This document shows positions 40,674 through 55,395 of a stretch of 64,000 bases of DNA, piece after piece (positions within the stretch are counted from its first letter, which is position 1; every line of letters starts with the position of its first letter). The notes below the pieces were generated by a model that made no database searches, was not told the DNA's origin, and worked only from the letters and a program-made list of their open reading frames with translations. A program made the translations under genes and the position numbers. Source of the DNA: Octopus vulgaris (Eukaryota); assembly GCA_951406725.2 (NCBI GenBank), contig OX597814.1:39432001-39496000 (forward strand), given 5' to 3'.

Positions 40674-42459
40674 TATATGTATATACACACATATATATGT
40701 ATATACACACATATATATATACATACATATATGTATATATATATATATATATACATATATATATGCATGTGTATATGCATGTATATATCCATAGTCATGT
40801 GTGTCTATACATATGTGTGTGTGTGTGTGTTTGTGGGTGTCTTTTTCATCGTTATTTCATGCAAATAGAAACTATTCACTTATAATTGCATAAACTCTGT
40901 GTAATATAAGACCTGTATTAAAAATTGTGTGGAAATAGTTGGTGTTTGAATGGCGAAGCTGGGGAAAATCGAGGAAAGAAATTGTTGTAAGAAATTGAAA
41001 TCATTCTTGTTCACTGTTAAAATGTCTTCCACGCATATAAAATATCACATCGTTGCTGTTTTTCACTGTATAATGGATGTTCTTATAAACTGAACTGCAC
41101 CGAACATGAGCGCTCGTATGGCCGCTCACACATATATACAGGTGTGAACAAACAGGTGTGAACAAAAGTGAAGGTGAAGCAATTCCTGAATATTAATGAG
41201 TAAACTTAACGGTGGGGAATCGAAATATACTTAATGAGATTTGTATGTCTCAAGGGTATAAAGAAATGAATTTAGAGTAAGCTCGGTGGATATTTTCGGG
41301 TTGAGTCTTGGGAAACATAGTTTCCGATTCCTGGGAAACAAGTTTTCCCTCGCGTATATGTAACCAAGTTCACAAAATTAACTCTTAACGAAAAGCCAGC
41401 CCGTTGCAGGATTACACATTTACAGCTGAGAGAGCTGTAGCAAGAGGATGTGAAGTGTTTTGCTTAGGAATACAACGCATGGACCGAAAACCGAATCCAC
41501 GATCTTGCTATCAACACCCTAACCAGTAGTACACAGCTTTCGTTTTTTCTTCTGTTCTCACCCAGAATGTTCTTACCTTGAGAAATTGCATATACTATAA
41601 GTATCTGAATTTTCCATCAACGGAAAACTTCTCACTCGTATTGCAGCTGTCAATTAAATGCCCGTTGAATGACCTTTAAACATGTGACATCTTATACAGA
41701 GGAAAAATCACTTTAACTCATTGATTCACACGCAACAGTGGTGAAAAAACGCCTGTTTGTTCATGATGTTTTAATTGCCCAATCACTGAACACATATGTT
41801 GCGAACCAATATCAACATCCTACATTTATGCACAACATTCACCGTAGTAACCTGTGGTATTAAGAATACACGTTTCTATTGGATGACTCTGAGACACTAA
41901 ATGACCTGATATTACAAGATTGGTTACTTCTCTACGTAGAAGACCGGCAACGAGAATAATTTCTTATCTGATGTCCCTTAGTTAATGAAATCTATAGGCA
42001 GTATATCTGAGTAGATCCACGGAAGATCCAAATTAATTTCAGCTGGAAATGTTATTAATTTTATCCTTCATTGATTTCAGACATCCCATGTGATAGACAT
42101 GGACTTACGACAAACAGACTCCTAGTAATATGGAGTTCAGTCAACAGGGTATAAATATATTCAATTTCCCAAATTTGTGTGAAGAAACGTGGATGACCTT
42201 TTAGACGTATCTGCGAGTATGAATATGTGTGTTTGTGTGCGTGTATGTGAGTGTGCACAGTCACAAATGTTTGTGTGCACGTGTATACAGAAGTATGTAG
42301 TGTTGGTATTGCTGTACTTGTAGCAATTATTTGAAGGGATTCTTTCAGATATCTTTCTAATAAAGAATGTTACGCAAATTTTCTATCAAAATCTTTTGCT
42401 GCTGATAATCTGTTAAGCGAGAAACTGAGATAATTTCATTTTTATAAATATATATATAA

Positions 42460-42810
42460 TTGAGTGAACACAGAAAATGGAGTAAATAAGAAAAAAATAA
42501 GAAAAGAACGTGAGGACGCAGCAAAAGCAAAGTATTAATAAGGAGCGCAGAGAAGGAAATAATGGTTGTTTTACGTTTCAAGTATAGCTCTTGTTCGGAA
42601 TCAGGAGATATAGGAAATTCCAATGGAATCATCCTTTTAACTTTTTCTTTTGGACTTTCCTATGTCTCCTTTTTCTGAAGAAGTGCTATACTCGAAGCAT
42701 AAAAGAATCACCCTTTCTTAATCTGATAATCTTATTCATTATTTGCTTGCGCTACGTCCTCGCGTTCTTGTTTTTCCATCTCTTCTTTTCTCCGTTTATA
42801 AAATCAACTA
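42460..42810. mobile_element. Divergent inverted pair of Penelope-pLTR-like repeats, each with a decayed hammerhead
   Basis: (+) 42669-42705 TTT-CTGAAGA-AGTGCTATACTC-GAAG-CA-TA-AAAG; (-) 42567-42603 CCGAACA-AGAGCTATACTT-GAAA-CG-TA-AAAC; shared downstream cgtcctc.cgttctt. Confidence 0.6.
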
Positions 42811-42886
42811 TTTAGCGCACGATCACACGGACTCCGCCTTTTGGCTAGATTAAGGATTACGTAGTTGATTTCTTTCTATATGTATA

Positions 42887-43845
42887 CAATTTGTGATGGG
42901 TAAATTGTCGCCATTTTATATTTTCGATTTCACGCATGCGCATTATTTGCCTTTGATTTTGTGAACTACACATTATAGTACAGACAGTCGGGAACCGACT
43001 GTGAAAAAACATCACCATGACGCAATTCACTCGCCAAAAATTTGGAAAAGACATGGTGTACTGTTTGTCATTCGCATGGAAACTCCAATACAAATATTTC
43101 ACAGTGTCTGGGTGTCAATCTGAGGAAAGGGTAGAGAATTCGCACAGAGTCGGGTGAGTCTAATGGTGATTACGAAGGTACGGCAGAAGGAACACTCGCT
43201 CTGATCGTTCTAAGAAGAAAAGAACTCTTTAATGTGTAGGTGAGATCCAGGCCATGATTGACAACGATACCTTCAAGTGAATTCGTTTCATCGCCAGAGA
43301 CTTGGGAGTGTCTGAATTTTTTATCAGGCAGGTAAAGCATGAAGAATTTCAGCATTCCATATAGAAAATGAGAAAGGGCCAATTTTTATCCTAAGCCAGC
43401 AAGGAGAAAAGGAAACACAGCACTACGAATGTTTTGAACTAACAAAGTATCTCCTCCAACCGAAATACTTTGGTTTTTCTCAGACGAGAAAAGTTTCTGC
43501 CAGGATCAGATGTTGAACACGCACGACACCTGTTACTTGCCGTGTCCCCGAAACATGTACTCACACGTCCTCAGCCTCCTTGTAACACCAAAAATGTACT
43601 GAAGGCAAGTATTATGGCGGCATTCAACAAGTTAAACAGGAAAATTGTCCAGAAGTGTTGCAAGGGTTTCCGAAGTCGTCTGGAGGCAGTGGTTGAAGCG
43701 AATGGCGATTATATTGAATAAATTTACGCTTTTTCGTATTTCGAGACGTTTAAAAGTAATTTTGGTAAATATATCTCTTAAAATGAGATGCCAGTGCTAT
43801 TTTCAATTCTGCGTAATTTACAAGACAGTTTATCCATCGCACTCC
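42887..43845 (+). mobile_element. Internally deleted maT/DD37D-like Tc1-mariner element
   Basis: TIRs ttgtgatgggtaaattgtc / gacagtttatccatcgcac; peptides IARDLGVSEF, WFFSDEK.F.QDQ, PCNTK..LKASIMAAF...FRSRLEAVVEANGDYIE. Confidence 0.85.
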
Positions 43846-44017
43846 TCTCTCTCCCTTTATATGTGTGTGTATATGTATACACACACACATATGTGTACAT
43901 ATATATATGTATTCATACATATATGCATATGTAACTGAATAATGACTACTATACTGCGTCCAATTTTATTGTTTGTAAATATATTTGCATATACATGCAT
44001 ATATTCAAATATATATG

Positions 44018-44115
<98 letters not shown>

Positions 44116-44129
44116 CATATATATATGTG

Positions 44130-44161
<32 letters not shown>

Positions 44162-44506
44162 CATATATCATTAAATATGGGCATGTATATATATATATAT
44201 ATATGCATGTATATATAAATATACATACACATATTTAATGATATATGTATGTATATACATATATATATACACACACACATACGTGCATATATGTGTATGT
44301 ATGCACGGTCACACATACATAGTTCGCACATGATTCTGTGCTCATATCTGTAGTCGTGTGTACATTTCTACATGTATGTTTACGTCTCTCTCTCAGCATA
44401 TGTGTGTGTGTGTGTGTATACGCATGTGTTTATGTGCATAATGTTGTGAATACGTTCGCGTAGGTCTTCTTTCAAGTAGCTATCGCTTTTCACACTCACA
44501 TACACC

Positions 44507-44547
<41 letters not shown>

Positions 44548-45065
44548 GCAATACATCCATACATACACATACACTAACACACGTACATATACGCTCATAC
44601 ACATGGTAACTTTCACTTTCAGTTTCCTTTTTGCAATTTACGTATGCTTGAAGCTTGAATGTTATTTACTTTCACTATTTAAATGAGATCTTCAAACTAG
44701 ATTCAATTCCATATGTTTATTCGATTGTTTGACACAAAAGATAGAGAAACAAGTACCGACAATAACAACAACAAGAAACATAACATTTCGTTAAGTAATC
44801 TAATGTGTAGATTACACTAAAAACATAACCAAAAACAAACAAAAAATAAAATAAACGAAAACAAAACCATCAACAACATATCATATATATTTATGCACCA
44901 CCTACATACTGTCAGACATATTCAATGTATATTTTAATTAGAAATAAGTACCTATTTCACTTAACTGAAACCTGTTTCGATTGACCACAAAGTGTACTTG
45001 AGTGCATTCGACGTCGTCGGTGACATACATTATGACTGAAAAAAAAAACAAATAAAAAAATCAAT

Positions 45066-45300
<235 letters not shown>

Positions 45301-48019
45301 TAATAATTTTAATAATATTCACATATCATCAGGGAATACATGCAAACGTACATCTTTTTAATGTCCCGTTCATAGGCCAATTCTCCGTTTGATTTTTGAA
45401 AAAAAAATCACTGTAGCTGTTCAGTATTATTCCTTAATGGTATTGTGAAACAACATAAGCAGAGTAAATATGTGTAGAGAACTCATACGGCTTTATTTTG
45501 TGGTGTAGATTTTTTTTCAGTGGTAGCTACTTCAAAATGATTAACATGGAACACACACACACATACATGCACGCACACAAACACACATATACACACGTGC
45601 ACGCGAATACACCACACACCTGCCGATATTCTTATTGGTGCAAAACTATTTTATGATACCATGTACGACCATGGCTGTTTATGAATATAACACTACATGA
45701 TTCATTGCAATCGGCCCCTACCCAAGTGAATTTTAATGCTTAAAATATGTGTATAGGTATATACAAGTGCATTTTTGCGTGCGTTTATGAATATATAAAT
45801 GCAAATCCATGCATACATACTGTTATATTGCAATACTACACAGTGGATGTGTGAGCTACGAAATCCTCGTCGCCACTGTTATATCGCACTTTCGGATGAC
45901 CTCTACTCCATTCTGACGTTTATACTTCTCCCTCTATATCTACGTATTGGACTAGCCTACTTCGTCTGGGGGCGTCCACACAACAGATACTTACATACAT
46001 GTGTTACCTGCATACATACATTCATACATACATACTACATACGTACATACATACATTTATTCATTCATACATTCATGCCTGCATGCGTAGAGTTATAGAG
46101 GATGACTATGGACAACTGTTTCGAAAGTCTCAGCTCCTCTATGCAGATTATATATTCACATTCATACCCATAATATCAGGTGCTCTTGGTTTTGTGAGCT
46201 AATGCCTAAGAGATAATCTAGGTAAGCTACTGTTCGCAGAAAAAGAAATCAACCATATCACACATTTCGAATACAATCTGTATGTAGAACAGTAAAAATA
46301 ACGATGAACTTCTGTATCATTGTTAGAAACTAGTTCCTTCTACAGAGGACGAATTTTAAACAGAAAAGAACACACATTCATATGGACATACATACATACA
46401 TACACGTAGACACACACACGCACAAACACACACATACATACACATGTTTATATCATATATGTAATTACACACACACACACGTGCACACACCTATGTATAA
46501 ATGTAGAGCGCGAACCGGTGGTTGTGAGTGTGTGTGACTGTGTTTGTTACGAATCTCATTATGTCGGGTAGTTTACTAGAAACAAAATGGTAAACCGCAT
46601 AAAGCTCGATATTATAGCTATAATTCTATATCTGATGAGAGCAGTGAAAGCTAACTAAATACTTTAGAATTTGCTATGCTTACTGTAGAAGCCAGTACTG
46701 TCTCATTTACGTAGAAATATGCATAAAACGTTTATATATTTCTATTCTCCGATATCATGTAAGAGAAACAGTAGACATGTAACAGGAGACATGTAATCTG
46801 TCGTATATATAGACACTGTATGAATCAAATTATAAAACTCAACTCATATGCACAGATAAATAATTTCAATCCAAATGATCAATCGCTCAACGAACTTAGA
46901 TTTCTGATACTTTTTATACAAATTTGATACTGATTAAAGCAAGCACTAACAGTCAATGCCGCAAATATTCGTATCTAGCAAACTTAAAATTTAGACAATA
47001 TCGATATGAACAAAATTCTAGAACAACAAATCATAGTAAATACACGCTCAGCCTTACATACACTCGAATACAAGTATGTATGTGTGTATGTATGTATATA
47101 TGTAATTATAGGAATACTTGCGTCTATGCAAATGTTTATGTATGTATGTATTTATGTATGTATTCCCATAATCACATACGTGTTCGTTGGTGGAAAATTT
47201 CCCCGCGAATATGCATGTATATATGTATGCATGTATGTATGTATGTATGTATGTATGTATGTATGTATGTCACTCTGTCTATCTAGGTAGTTAGCTAGCT
47301 ATGTATCTGTCTGTCTGTATCTGTCTTTGTCTGTCTCTGTCTCTCTGTCTGTCTATCTCTCTCTCCCTTTCTCGCTGTCTATGGAATTCAACCTTCGCCA
47401 CCACCACACCCATCAAAGTCAACAAAACAACCATGAACACCAAAACCAATACAACCAATGCCATTACCAAAGCACCAACTTCTTAATGATTATCAACAGA
47501 ACAAGGCAACCAACTACGTCTAAAATAAAGACAATGGCATGAGATTTAGTACCCGAGTTTATTTTATATGTTAAACGAAATAATACAATTTAACCACCAC
47601 CACCACCACTAACAACAATAACGCCCGCCACCACACCCACCACCAGTACTAAAACCAATACAAGCAAATTAACTAACTGGCAGCAACAACAATAGTCTCA
47701 GTAGAATAGCAATATCATTCGCTAAATATCTTCTATCAACACTACGATGTATATGCGTAAGCGCTTGTGTGCGTGGGTGTGATCAGAGTGTGAAATTGTT
47801 ATGGTTCAAGTCTGAGGTGCAAAGGGCGAAGAATCATAAACTTGGTAACCCTTAAGCTAATTGAAATCATATAGAACTTCCTCCCATAACCAAACAGTAC
47901 ATTTTTGGTAATTATTTTTTCACTACATAATTTTTGGGGATAATTGTTGTTCGTCGCAGCTATTGGATTTACCGGTAGTTCGAGGCGCCATCTAGTGAAA
48001 GAAACCATCAAGTGAAACC

Positions 48020-48660
48020 GAAGCTAGTAGGGCGTAAAGGCCCGTAGAAATATTACATTGGATATTCAGTTCGATACTTGAATTGGAATTCATGTGATTG
48101 AAAATGTCAGTTATATTATCAAAACATTAAACTTTGTAATATCTATAGCGAGAATAATACCTGACAATAGATAAACAGTGAAGAGCTCAAGAATTTATTA
48201 CGTTAACTCTTCGGATTATTTTTCGTAGTCCTAATGCTTAAATTGGAACCGTTCAGGGACGTATGAATCGGGGATCAGATTTGCAATAAAAGGAAGAGCC
48301 ACTGCTATTAGAAGCTGGTTGCTAATTATGAGCAAGATAAACAAATTGATTGCTGAAGAAGGTTATGCACTTGAGTATGCATACAATATTGAAACTATGC
48401 CTTTCTGGAACATAAGGTTTACTGAAACGTTTTTCTCGAAGAGAAAAATCACCACCAGGATATAAAGCCTTAAAAAATCAACTGAGGCGTCTTCTGTGAG
48501 GAAATGCCGCCGGTGATATGAAACTATAGACCTTACTCATGTATCACTACAAACATCCAATAGAATTTAAACGTAGCGCAAATTTTAACTTATAACTGAT
48601 TTGACATTCAAATTAGAAGACATGAATGACGAAGAGATTTTTCGGAGAATGGTACTTATT
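48020..48660 (+). mobile_element. Tigger/pogo transposase remnant
   Basis: LIAEEGY.LE..YN..ET..FW...EKSPPGYKALK..L..LL.GNAAGDMKL..LLMYH..HP...HSN.K..MT...F.EW. Confidence 0.8.
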
Positions 48661-48945
48661 GTACCGGGCTATTTTCCGAACCGCTAATTTGCGGTAATAT
48701 AAACGCACCAATACCGTTTGTCAAGCGGTAATGGGAGACAAACATACACAAACGCATGTATATTTATACATACATATATATTCGTATATACATATATACG
48801 ACGAGTTTCTCTTAGATTCTTTATATCAAATCCACTCACAGGCTTTGGTTGTACGAGGTTAGAGTAGAAGCCTCTTGCCCAAGTTGCCACGCAGTGGACT
48901 GAAACCGAAACCATGTGGTTGGAAAGCAAACTTCTTACAACACTT
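48655..48945 (-). mobile_element. SINE family A
   Basis: ccgaaccgctaa...aaatccactcac...ttgcccaag...ccatgtggttggaaagc. Confidence 0.85.
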
Positions 48946-49807
48946 CCAAAATTATTCAAGAAAATCTGGAGAATGTTGGATTTAGATTACACTCGACAAA
49001 GTAAAATTTGATGGCTATCTTTTTACGGTCAAAAGACAATGAAATAGGTCAGTCGTTGGTTCTGTAGATAAATGAGGCTGATATTGAGTTTAAAATTTTG
49101 CGGGTTGACACATGTAAAGAAAAAATTAGACAGCCAGACTACTGCAGAGATACAGTTACATGACGTAATGACTAGAAAAGAGTTATTGTGGACAGTAAGA
49201 GCAAGGCTCGCTGAGAGAGTGAGCTTGTGGGAGGGGAAGATACAGATGTATCGGGTGATATTGGGTGGTGTTTCTACGCAGTTCGCAATTTCTTATATCC
49301 TTTTTTTAAAAAAAATTATTTCATTTCATTCCATAAATAAGAATATATACATGTGTACGAGAACGTACGTATTTATGTATGGTGTATAAATGTATTTATG
49401 AATGAATGTGCGTATGTATGTATATATGCATATTCATGACATACAAATATATCTCCATATCTCTCTAAGTTTAATATCTATTCATGTTTTTATTTCTTTA
49501 CATACAGAAACATATATCCGATGCAAATAATGAATCATTTCTCTGCAATATCTGTATAATTCTTTCATTTATATTTCCTTTTTATTCTCAACTTCTTTAT
49601 AGATTAGCAAGTGTCTTTTGAAGTTTAAACTCTTGGTTATTCTGTTGATATTTGGGTCAGTTGCCTGGGTATTACTTGAGTAATTTTCACATTTATTAAT
49701 GTCCTTTTTCAAGTTAACGGATCAAGTGTAAGTAATAAAATACGGAGATAAAAACGCACTATACACACATGCGCACAGTCGTATGCATACATACATACAT
49801 ACATACA

Positions 49808-49840
<33 letters not shown>

Positions 49841-50419
49841 GCATGCAAGCAAACATACATAAAATTTTGTTTCTATAAGTTAGGAAGGGAAATATGATGA
49901 GAAAGTCCTGGTGGACTATTGAAATTTATGCGACTTATATTCGGTAGGTTGTCTGGTATTTGAAGGAAGCAAGTGGGTGCTTAAGACATTTTACGGTGCT
50001 CCATTTTCAGGGAGAAAAGATTCTGCATTGGACATAATGCTTAAAATGGGGAATGAGTAATATAAGGATGATAGTATTATTTGTGGCGAGTATGTCCTGT
50101 TGATATAACCGAAATAGGAAGAGAGCCAAGTAGGTCCAAAGAATAGATCCACTGTCACAGCGTAAGACTGAAAAGATTCCACATCTTTTTGAAATACTGT
50201 TGGCAGCATGTTGGTTAATGAAACATTGCTAATCACAGCTATAACATTTTTGGAATGGAATCTCGGAGGATTGTATGTAGAAAACTATATCTATGGAAGC
50301 AGCCGTACACAGTCTCACTTGACTCTTGAAGAAGTTCACTACCAGCAGTGAGCCAGAGATTTTTTTACTGTAGGTGAAGTTTAGTCTTACTGTATGCTGT
50401 TTGAACACTACAATAAGAG

Positions 50420-50555
50420 TCCAAATTTCGCCAAGGTTGACTGCCTATTAACCTTCCGGGTTCTTATACGTACCAATGGAATACTAGGGTCGATATAATC
50501 GAGTAGGCACTTCTACACAAATTTCAGGCATTGTGTCTATAGTAGAAAAGATTAT
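50420..50555 (+). mobile_element. Degenerate SINE family B 3' part
   Basis: caaatttcgccaaggttgact...gtacca...gggtcgatataatcga...atttcaggcattgtg. Confidence 0.65.
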
Positions 50556-50748
50556 ATGAATGGGATTTACACGTGAGAAAAGTATACAAAGATGAGTAAA
50601 ATAACACACATATCGCAGCGGCCCCTCAGTTTTTCTAAGCCCTGTAAATGAATTCGGAACACTGGGCCTCTAACCAGGCCTTTCGGGATACCTTAAAGCC
50701 AGGAACTTTTCAGCAGCACCTCGTACACACTCACACACACACAGGTCT

Positions 50749-50809
<61 letters not shown>

Positions 50810-52151
50810 CGCATTTTTTCAAGCTTTAATTCTCGTAATATTTGACTGCGGTTCTGTGTACGTGAAACAACAGGAAGCAATGTTGTGTGGAATTATTCTT
50901 GCATACTATTGAAAGATTTGATTACCATCAGTTTGATGCTTCGAAGCAGAACTGTCTTATTAGAACCACGGGTAACTGAGAAATAATATGGCGTCGAAGA
51001 TTCTAAGATTACAGTCAAAGTAGAACCGATGATTACTCTAAATACGTATAGCGATTTTCCAACCCTAACGATGTTGAGCAAAACCCAAGTATGGGAAATA
51101 TTTATTTTCTATTTGCATACATGAAAGGTCTGAAATACATTTAGTCTGAAATATCAGACGCTCAGGGATCTGGTCAATCTTATTTGTTCATTAATCTCTT
51201 ATTATAAAAGGCAGATTTTATCTGCCTCCCTTTGTCAGTTATAGAAATCTACAATATAGGATTTCTTCAATTACAATTTACTTAGCATTTTTAAGAGTAG
51301 AATGCATCGGGTTTTGCCAGGTCCACTTTTTAAAATTTAAACTCCAATTAAGCAAAATTTACAGAAAACTCACATTCTGGTGTGTATGTCAAATGCTTTT
51401 CTTAATGTGTTTTACACCACATGCACACGCACACACACAGTGTGCAAGGAATAAAATGAAAGTAATTCACCTTTTGTAGTGAGTGACTCTTTCAGTCTGC
51501 CACTTCCTCTTTACACACATAGACACGCAAATATATAAATAAAATTGTAAGCTAACGTGCGTGTGTGTGAGTGTGTGTGTGCGTGTGTGTATGTGTGAGG
51601 GTGCGTGTGTGTGTGTGTGCGTGTGTGTGTGTGTGTGTGTGCGTGCGTGTGCGTGAGTGTGTGACAGGAAAGTATTTTCGGACGAATATAAGACCTATAT
51701 CGGCGATGTTTCGCTTGTCGTAGCACAGGTTTCCGTCGATTTCCGAAAAAAACTTATTTTTTTACATAAGTAATGAGAGCGAAAGAGACTAAGAGAAAGC
51801 GATTGTATGACGAGGGAAGTTCTTTTGAAGTTACCGTGCATGGGACGCATTGATGTACATGTGTGTGTGTGTGTGTGTTTGATGGAGAGTGGGAGACAGA
51901 CAGTATGTTGTGTAAGTGAAGTGCTTCTGTTAGTGTGTGTGAAGAGACAGAGAGAGTAATGTGTGAAAGAGAGAGATAACTGAAATTTTTTACTCGGTTT
52001 ATGTGTATATGTATGTATGCATGTATGTGTGTGTGTGTGTGTGTGTATGTATGTGTGTGTGTATGTATGTATGGCCGATTCAGTGTTTACATTTTTTACG
52101 GAAATCGACGGAAACGTGTGCTACGACAAGCGAAACATCGCCCCTATATCC

Positions 52152-52631
52152 AAGTAGCAGAAAGATCGCCCAAAAGTGTATATAGATATTTAAATGTATT
52201 TATATATTCATCTATACACAGATGTATGTATAATGTGTGTGTATATATTTCCATACACGTAACCATTCACTCCGCACAAAGTTTTTTAGGACGAAAATAA
52301 GATCTAAAGTTATCTCTAAGTAGCACAGAGATCGCCCAAAAGTGTATATAGATATATAAACGTATTTATATATTCATCTATGCACACATGTATGTATAAC
52401 GTGTGTGTATATATTTCCATAGAGGTAACCATTCACTCCATACAAAGTTTTTTAGCACGAAAATAAGATCTAAAGTTATCTCTAAGAAACAGAAAGATCG
52501 CCCAAAAGTGTATATAGATATTTAAATGTATTTATATATTCATCTATACACACATGTATGTATAATGTGCGTGTATATATTTCCATAGAGGTAACCATTC
52601 AATCCATACAAAGTTTTTTAGGACGAAAATA
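52152..52631 (+). repeat. 166-bp tandem repeat, ~2.9 copies, inside the Helitron
   Basis: gatcgcccaaaagtg recurs at 52164, 52330 and 52496. Confidence 0.95.
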
Positions 52632-52860
52632 TTTATATATAAAAGAAAGGTTGTGTGTCTGTCTACTCCGATTTAGATTCCTAACTACTCCGACATTTTG
52701 CGGTGCAGTTTAACCAAAACCGGGTATCTTATAATCGTGATTCATATCGAGCCCTTCTGCGTATTAGCGCGCATCTACGATGAGTCTATGATTTTACAAA
52801 TAATTTACCATCATTTTTTTCTATTTTAATTCATATTTTTTTAAATAAACGGAAGTAACT

Positions 52861-53400
52861 CTCAAACTTCACACCAATATGCGTGCTCATATGCGACGTA
52901 ATATCACATCAGCAGCATTTCCTCACACCCTCCTTGCACTTGGCGAAGGCAAAATACCAGGGGATGAAAATGGTAATATTGCCATCGATTCCATTTGTAC
53001 CATTGTTAAGACGCCTTCTGATCTCAGAGATGCAGTGTTCCCAGATCTACAAGCTAATTATCAGAATATGGATTGGATTGGCAAAAAGGCTATACTGGCC
53101 CCGAGGAATAAAACTGTTCACCATATTAATGATGAAATGCTAAAACTCATTCCTGGGGAAGTCTATGTATATCAGTCTATCGATACAACTCCTGACCCAG
53201 AGGACGTCATCAACTATCCAATAGAGGTACTCAATTCCTTTGAGCACCCCGGACTACCACCACACTTTCTCAAACTTAAAGTTGGTGCCCCTATAATGCT
53301 CATCAGAAATTTGGTTCCCCCAAAACAATGCAATGGCACACGTTTGATCGTTAAGTCCTTATCTCCCACCGTAAGCTTATATCAATATTTGCCTGAATAA
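52861..53400 (+). pseudogene. Helitron RepHel PIF1-like helicase fragment
   Basis: LHTNMR...LL.LGEGK...AILAPRN..V..IN...YP.E.LNS....GLPPH.L.LKVGAPIML.RNL.P...CNGTRL; other helicase motifs and Rep are absent. Confidence 0.92.
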
Positions 53401-54203
53401 TCATCATAATTCAGTGCAATCATTAACAGTACTTTCAAGCAATTCAGCCCCGAGCAACGCCGGGAAATTCTGCTAGTATGATTATAAGATTTTGTTTATA
53501 CGTAAATACTATTATTTAAAAAAAAATAACATATTAGTGAATTGAACTTGTTAGGCTCAAAAATTACCAAAGTCTTTAGCAGCTTTAGCTTTATAACACA
53601 AGTATTCAAAAACAGCACATGCTCACAAATCGCAGTCACAAATATTAGTACGCAAAATCCATAATACATCTATTTTGCCGTTTATGTGTGCCAACTGCAC
53701 ACATAGATATACACATTATAACAAGATCCAAGCCTGTCATAAGACTTTTTGTGCCTAGAGATACATCAGAATATATGTGTGGGCACTAATTTGCAACAAC
53801 ACTAAAGAGGAGATTCGAAATATATGCATTATAGAAACTATGAGGGTACTCTATTGAATAGAGTGGAGTCGGTACCGTCCAGTGCATCCCCTTAGAAGCG
53901 TGCACGATAGAATTTTCGTATTATTTAAATGCCTTGAATTCGAGATACACTAAATGCAAAACTAGAGCTATATTCTTGAAAAGAATTAAGAAATTAGTGG
54001 TAACGTTGATGTACTTGTCAACGATGTGCTTTGATCTAAGACTTTATGCTGAAGCTAAAAATAACTATGGCATAAAAGTCACATAGTAACCATTCAAAAC
54101 CACACCATAAGTGCTAACTTCATGATGGCTAGCTTCACTTAAACGTTTTTTAATGGGCGTTAAAATTTTCATCGTACCAAGTCACTGACACAGTTCCATA
54201 AAT

Positions 54204-54573
54204 CGTTGCACTCCGTCGGTTACGACAACGAGGGTTCCAGTTGATCCTATCAACGGAATAACCTGCTCGTGAAAATTAACGTGCAAGTGGCTGAGCACTC
54301 TACAGACACGTGTACCCTTACCATAGTTCTCGAGGAGATTCAACGTGAATCTGTTGTACCTTTGAAATGCAGGTACAACAGAAACAAGAAGAAAGAGTGT
54401 GAGAAAGGTGTGGTGAATGAATATGGCCACCACCACCCACTGCCGGACTTTCGTAGATCTCTAGGTTTTCTTTCGCTGAATAAAGACTCACAACGCCCGG
54501 TCTGGGAATCGAAACCGTGATCCTACGATCGTGAGTCTGCTGACCTACCCACTGGGCCATTGCACATCCACAT
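54204..54573 (-). mobile_element. Full SINE family C with 11-bp TSD
   Basis: TSD gttccataaat at 54193-54203 and 54574-54584; A/B boxes on the minus strand. Confidence 0.92.
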
Positions 54574-54944
54574 GTTCCATAAATATTTCAGTAGTCATAT
54601 TTTAGTAGGCTTTGTGTGGTTTTCAATGGCTAGTATGTGTCTTCCACGCTGTAATTGCCCATGCTAATTTTATTGGGTTCTCTTTTAGATTCGAAACTTT
54701 AAAAATATGTTAAAATAAATGTACATGCATTAGTCAACATGCCTTCAAGGAGCCGGAACACAGACACATTCACGCAGAAATGTCACGCTCATAGCACACA
54801 AGACGAAACACGTACGTAGACCCGTACACATGAATACGTATATTTACAAGTATTTGTGTGCGCACATATTCACGACTAGCAAAGTCATATTTCCAATGAC
54901 TGTGCTATCGTGTTGACTTCTAATATATAAATTTACACAGGAAA

Positions 54945-55110
54945 GCAGCATTTCGTCTGTCTTTACGTTCTAATTTCAAATGCCGCCGAGGTCAGCTTTG
55001 CCTTTCATCCTTTCGAGTCCAATAAAATAAAAGCCAGTTGAGCACTGGGGTTGATGTAATCGATTTGTCTCTTTCCTCGAAATTGCTGGCCTTGTGCCAA
55101 AATTTAAATC
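54945..55110 (+). mobile_element. SINE family B, 5'-truncated
   Basis: gccgaggtcagctttgcctttcatcctttcg...gcactggggttgatgtaatcga. Confidence 0.85.
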
Positions 55111-55254
55111 CGATGCATATTTACCTACCTACATATATACACGCAAACATTTATACATACATACAGACACACAGTTCTCTAGATAGAGAAACACATACAC
55201 ACACACACACACACGCGCACACACATATATATATATATAGAGAGAGAGGAATGG

Positions 55255-55395
<141 letters not shown>

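Larger units (their letters stand above)
51195..53476 (+). mobile_element. Non-autonomous (composite) Helitron
   Basis: A|TCTCTTATTATAAAAG 5' end; 3' hairpin cccgagcaacgccggg (53449-53464) then CTAG|T; no TSD; PIF1 helicase fragment inside. Confidence 0.88.

Noticed and set aside
44965-45025. Minus-strand CCGACGA...GAAAC motif
   Set aside because: Stems I and II do not pair convincingly
49990-50400. Possible LINE RT remnant on the minus strand
   Set aside because: Motifs too decayed to support by eye; likewise 1140-1400 and 22560-23060
52152-52631. CRISPR-like array
   Set aside because: Whole 166-bp units repeat with no unique spacers; eukaryotic tandem repeat
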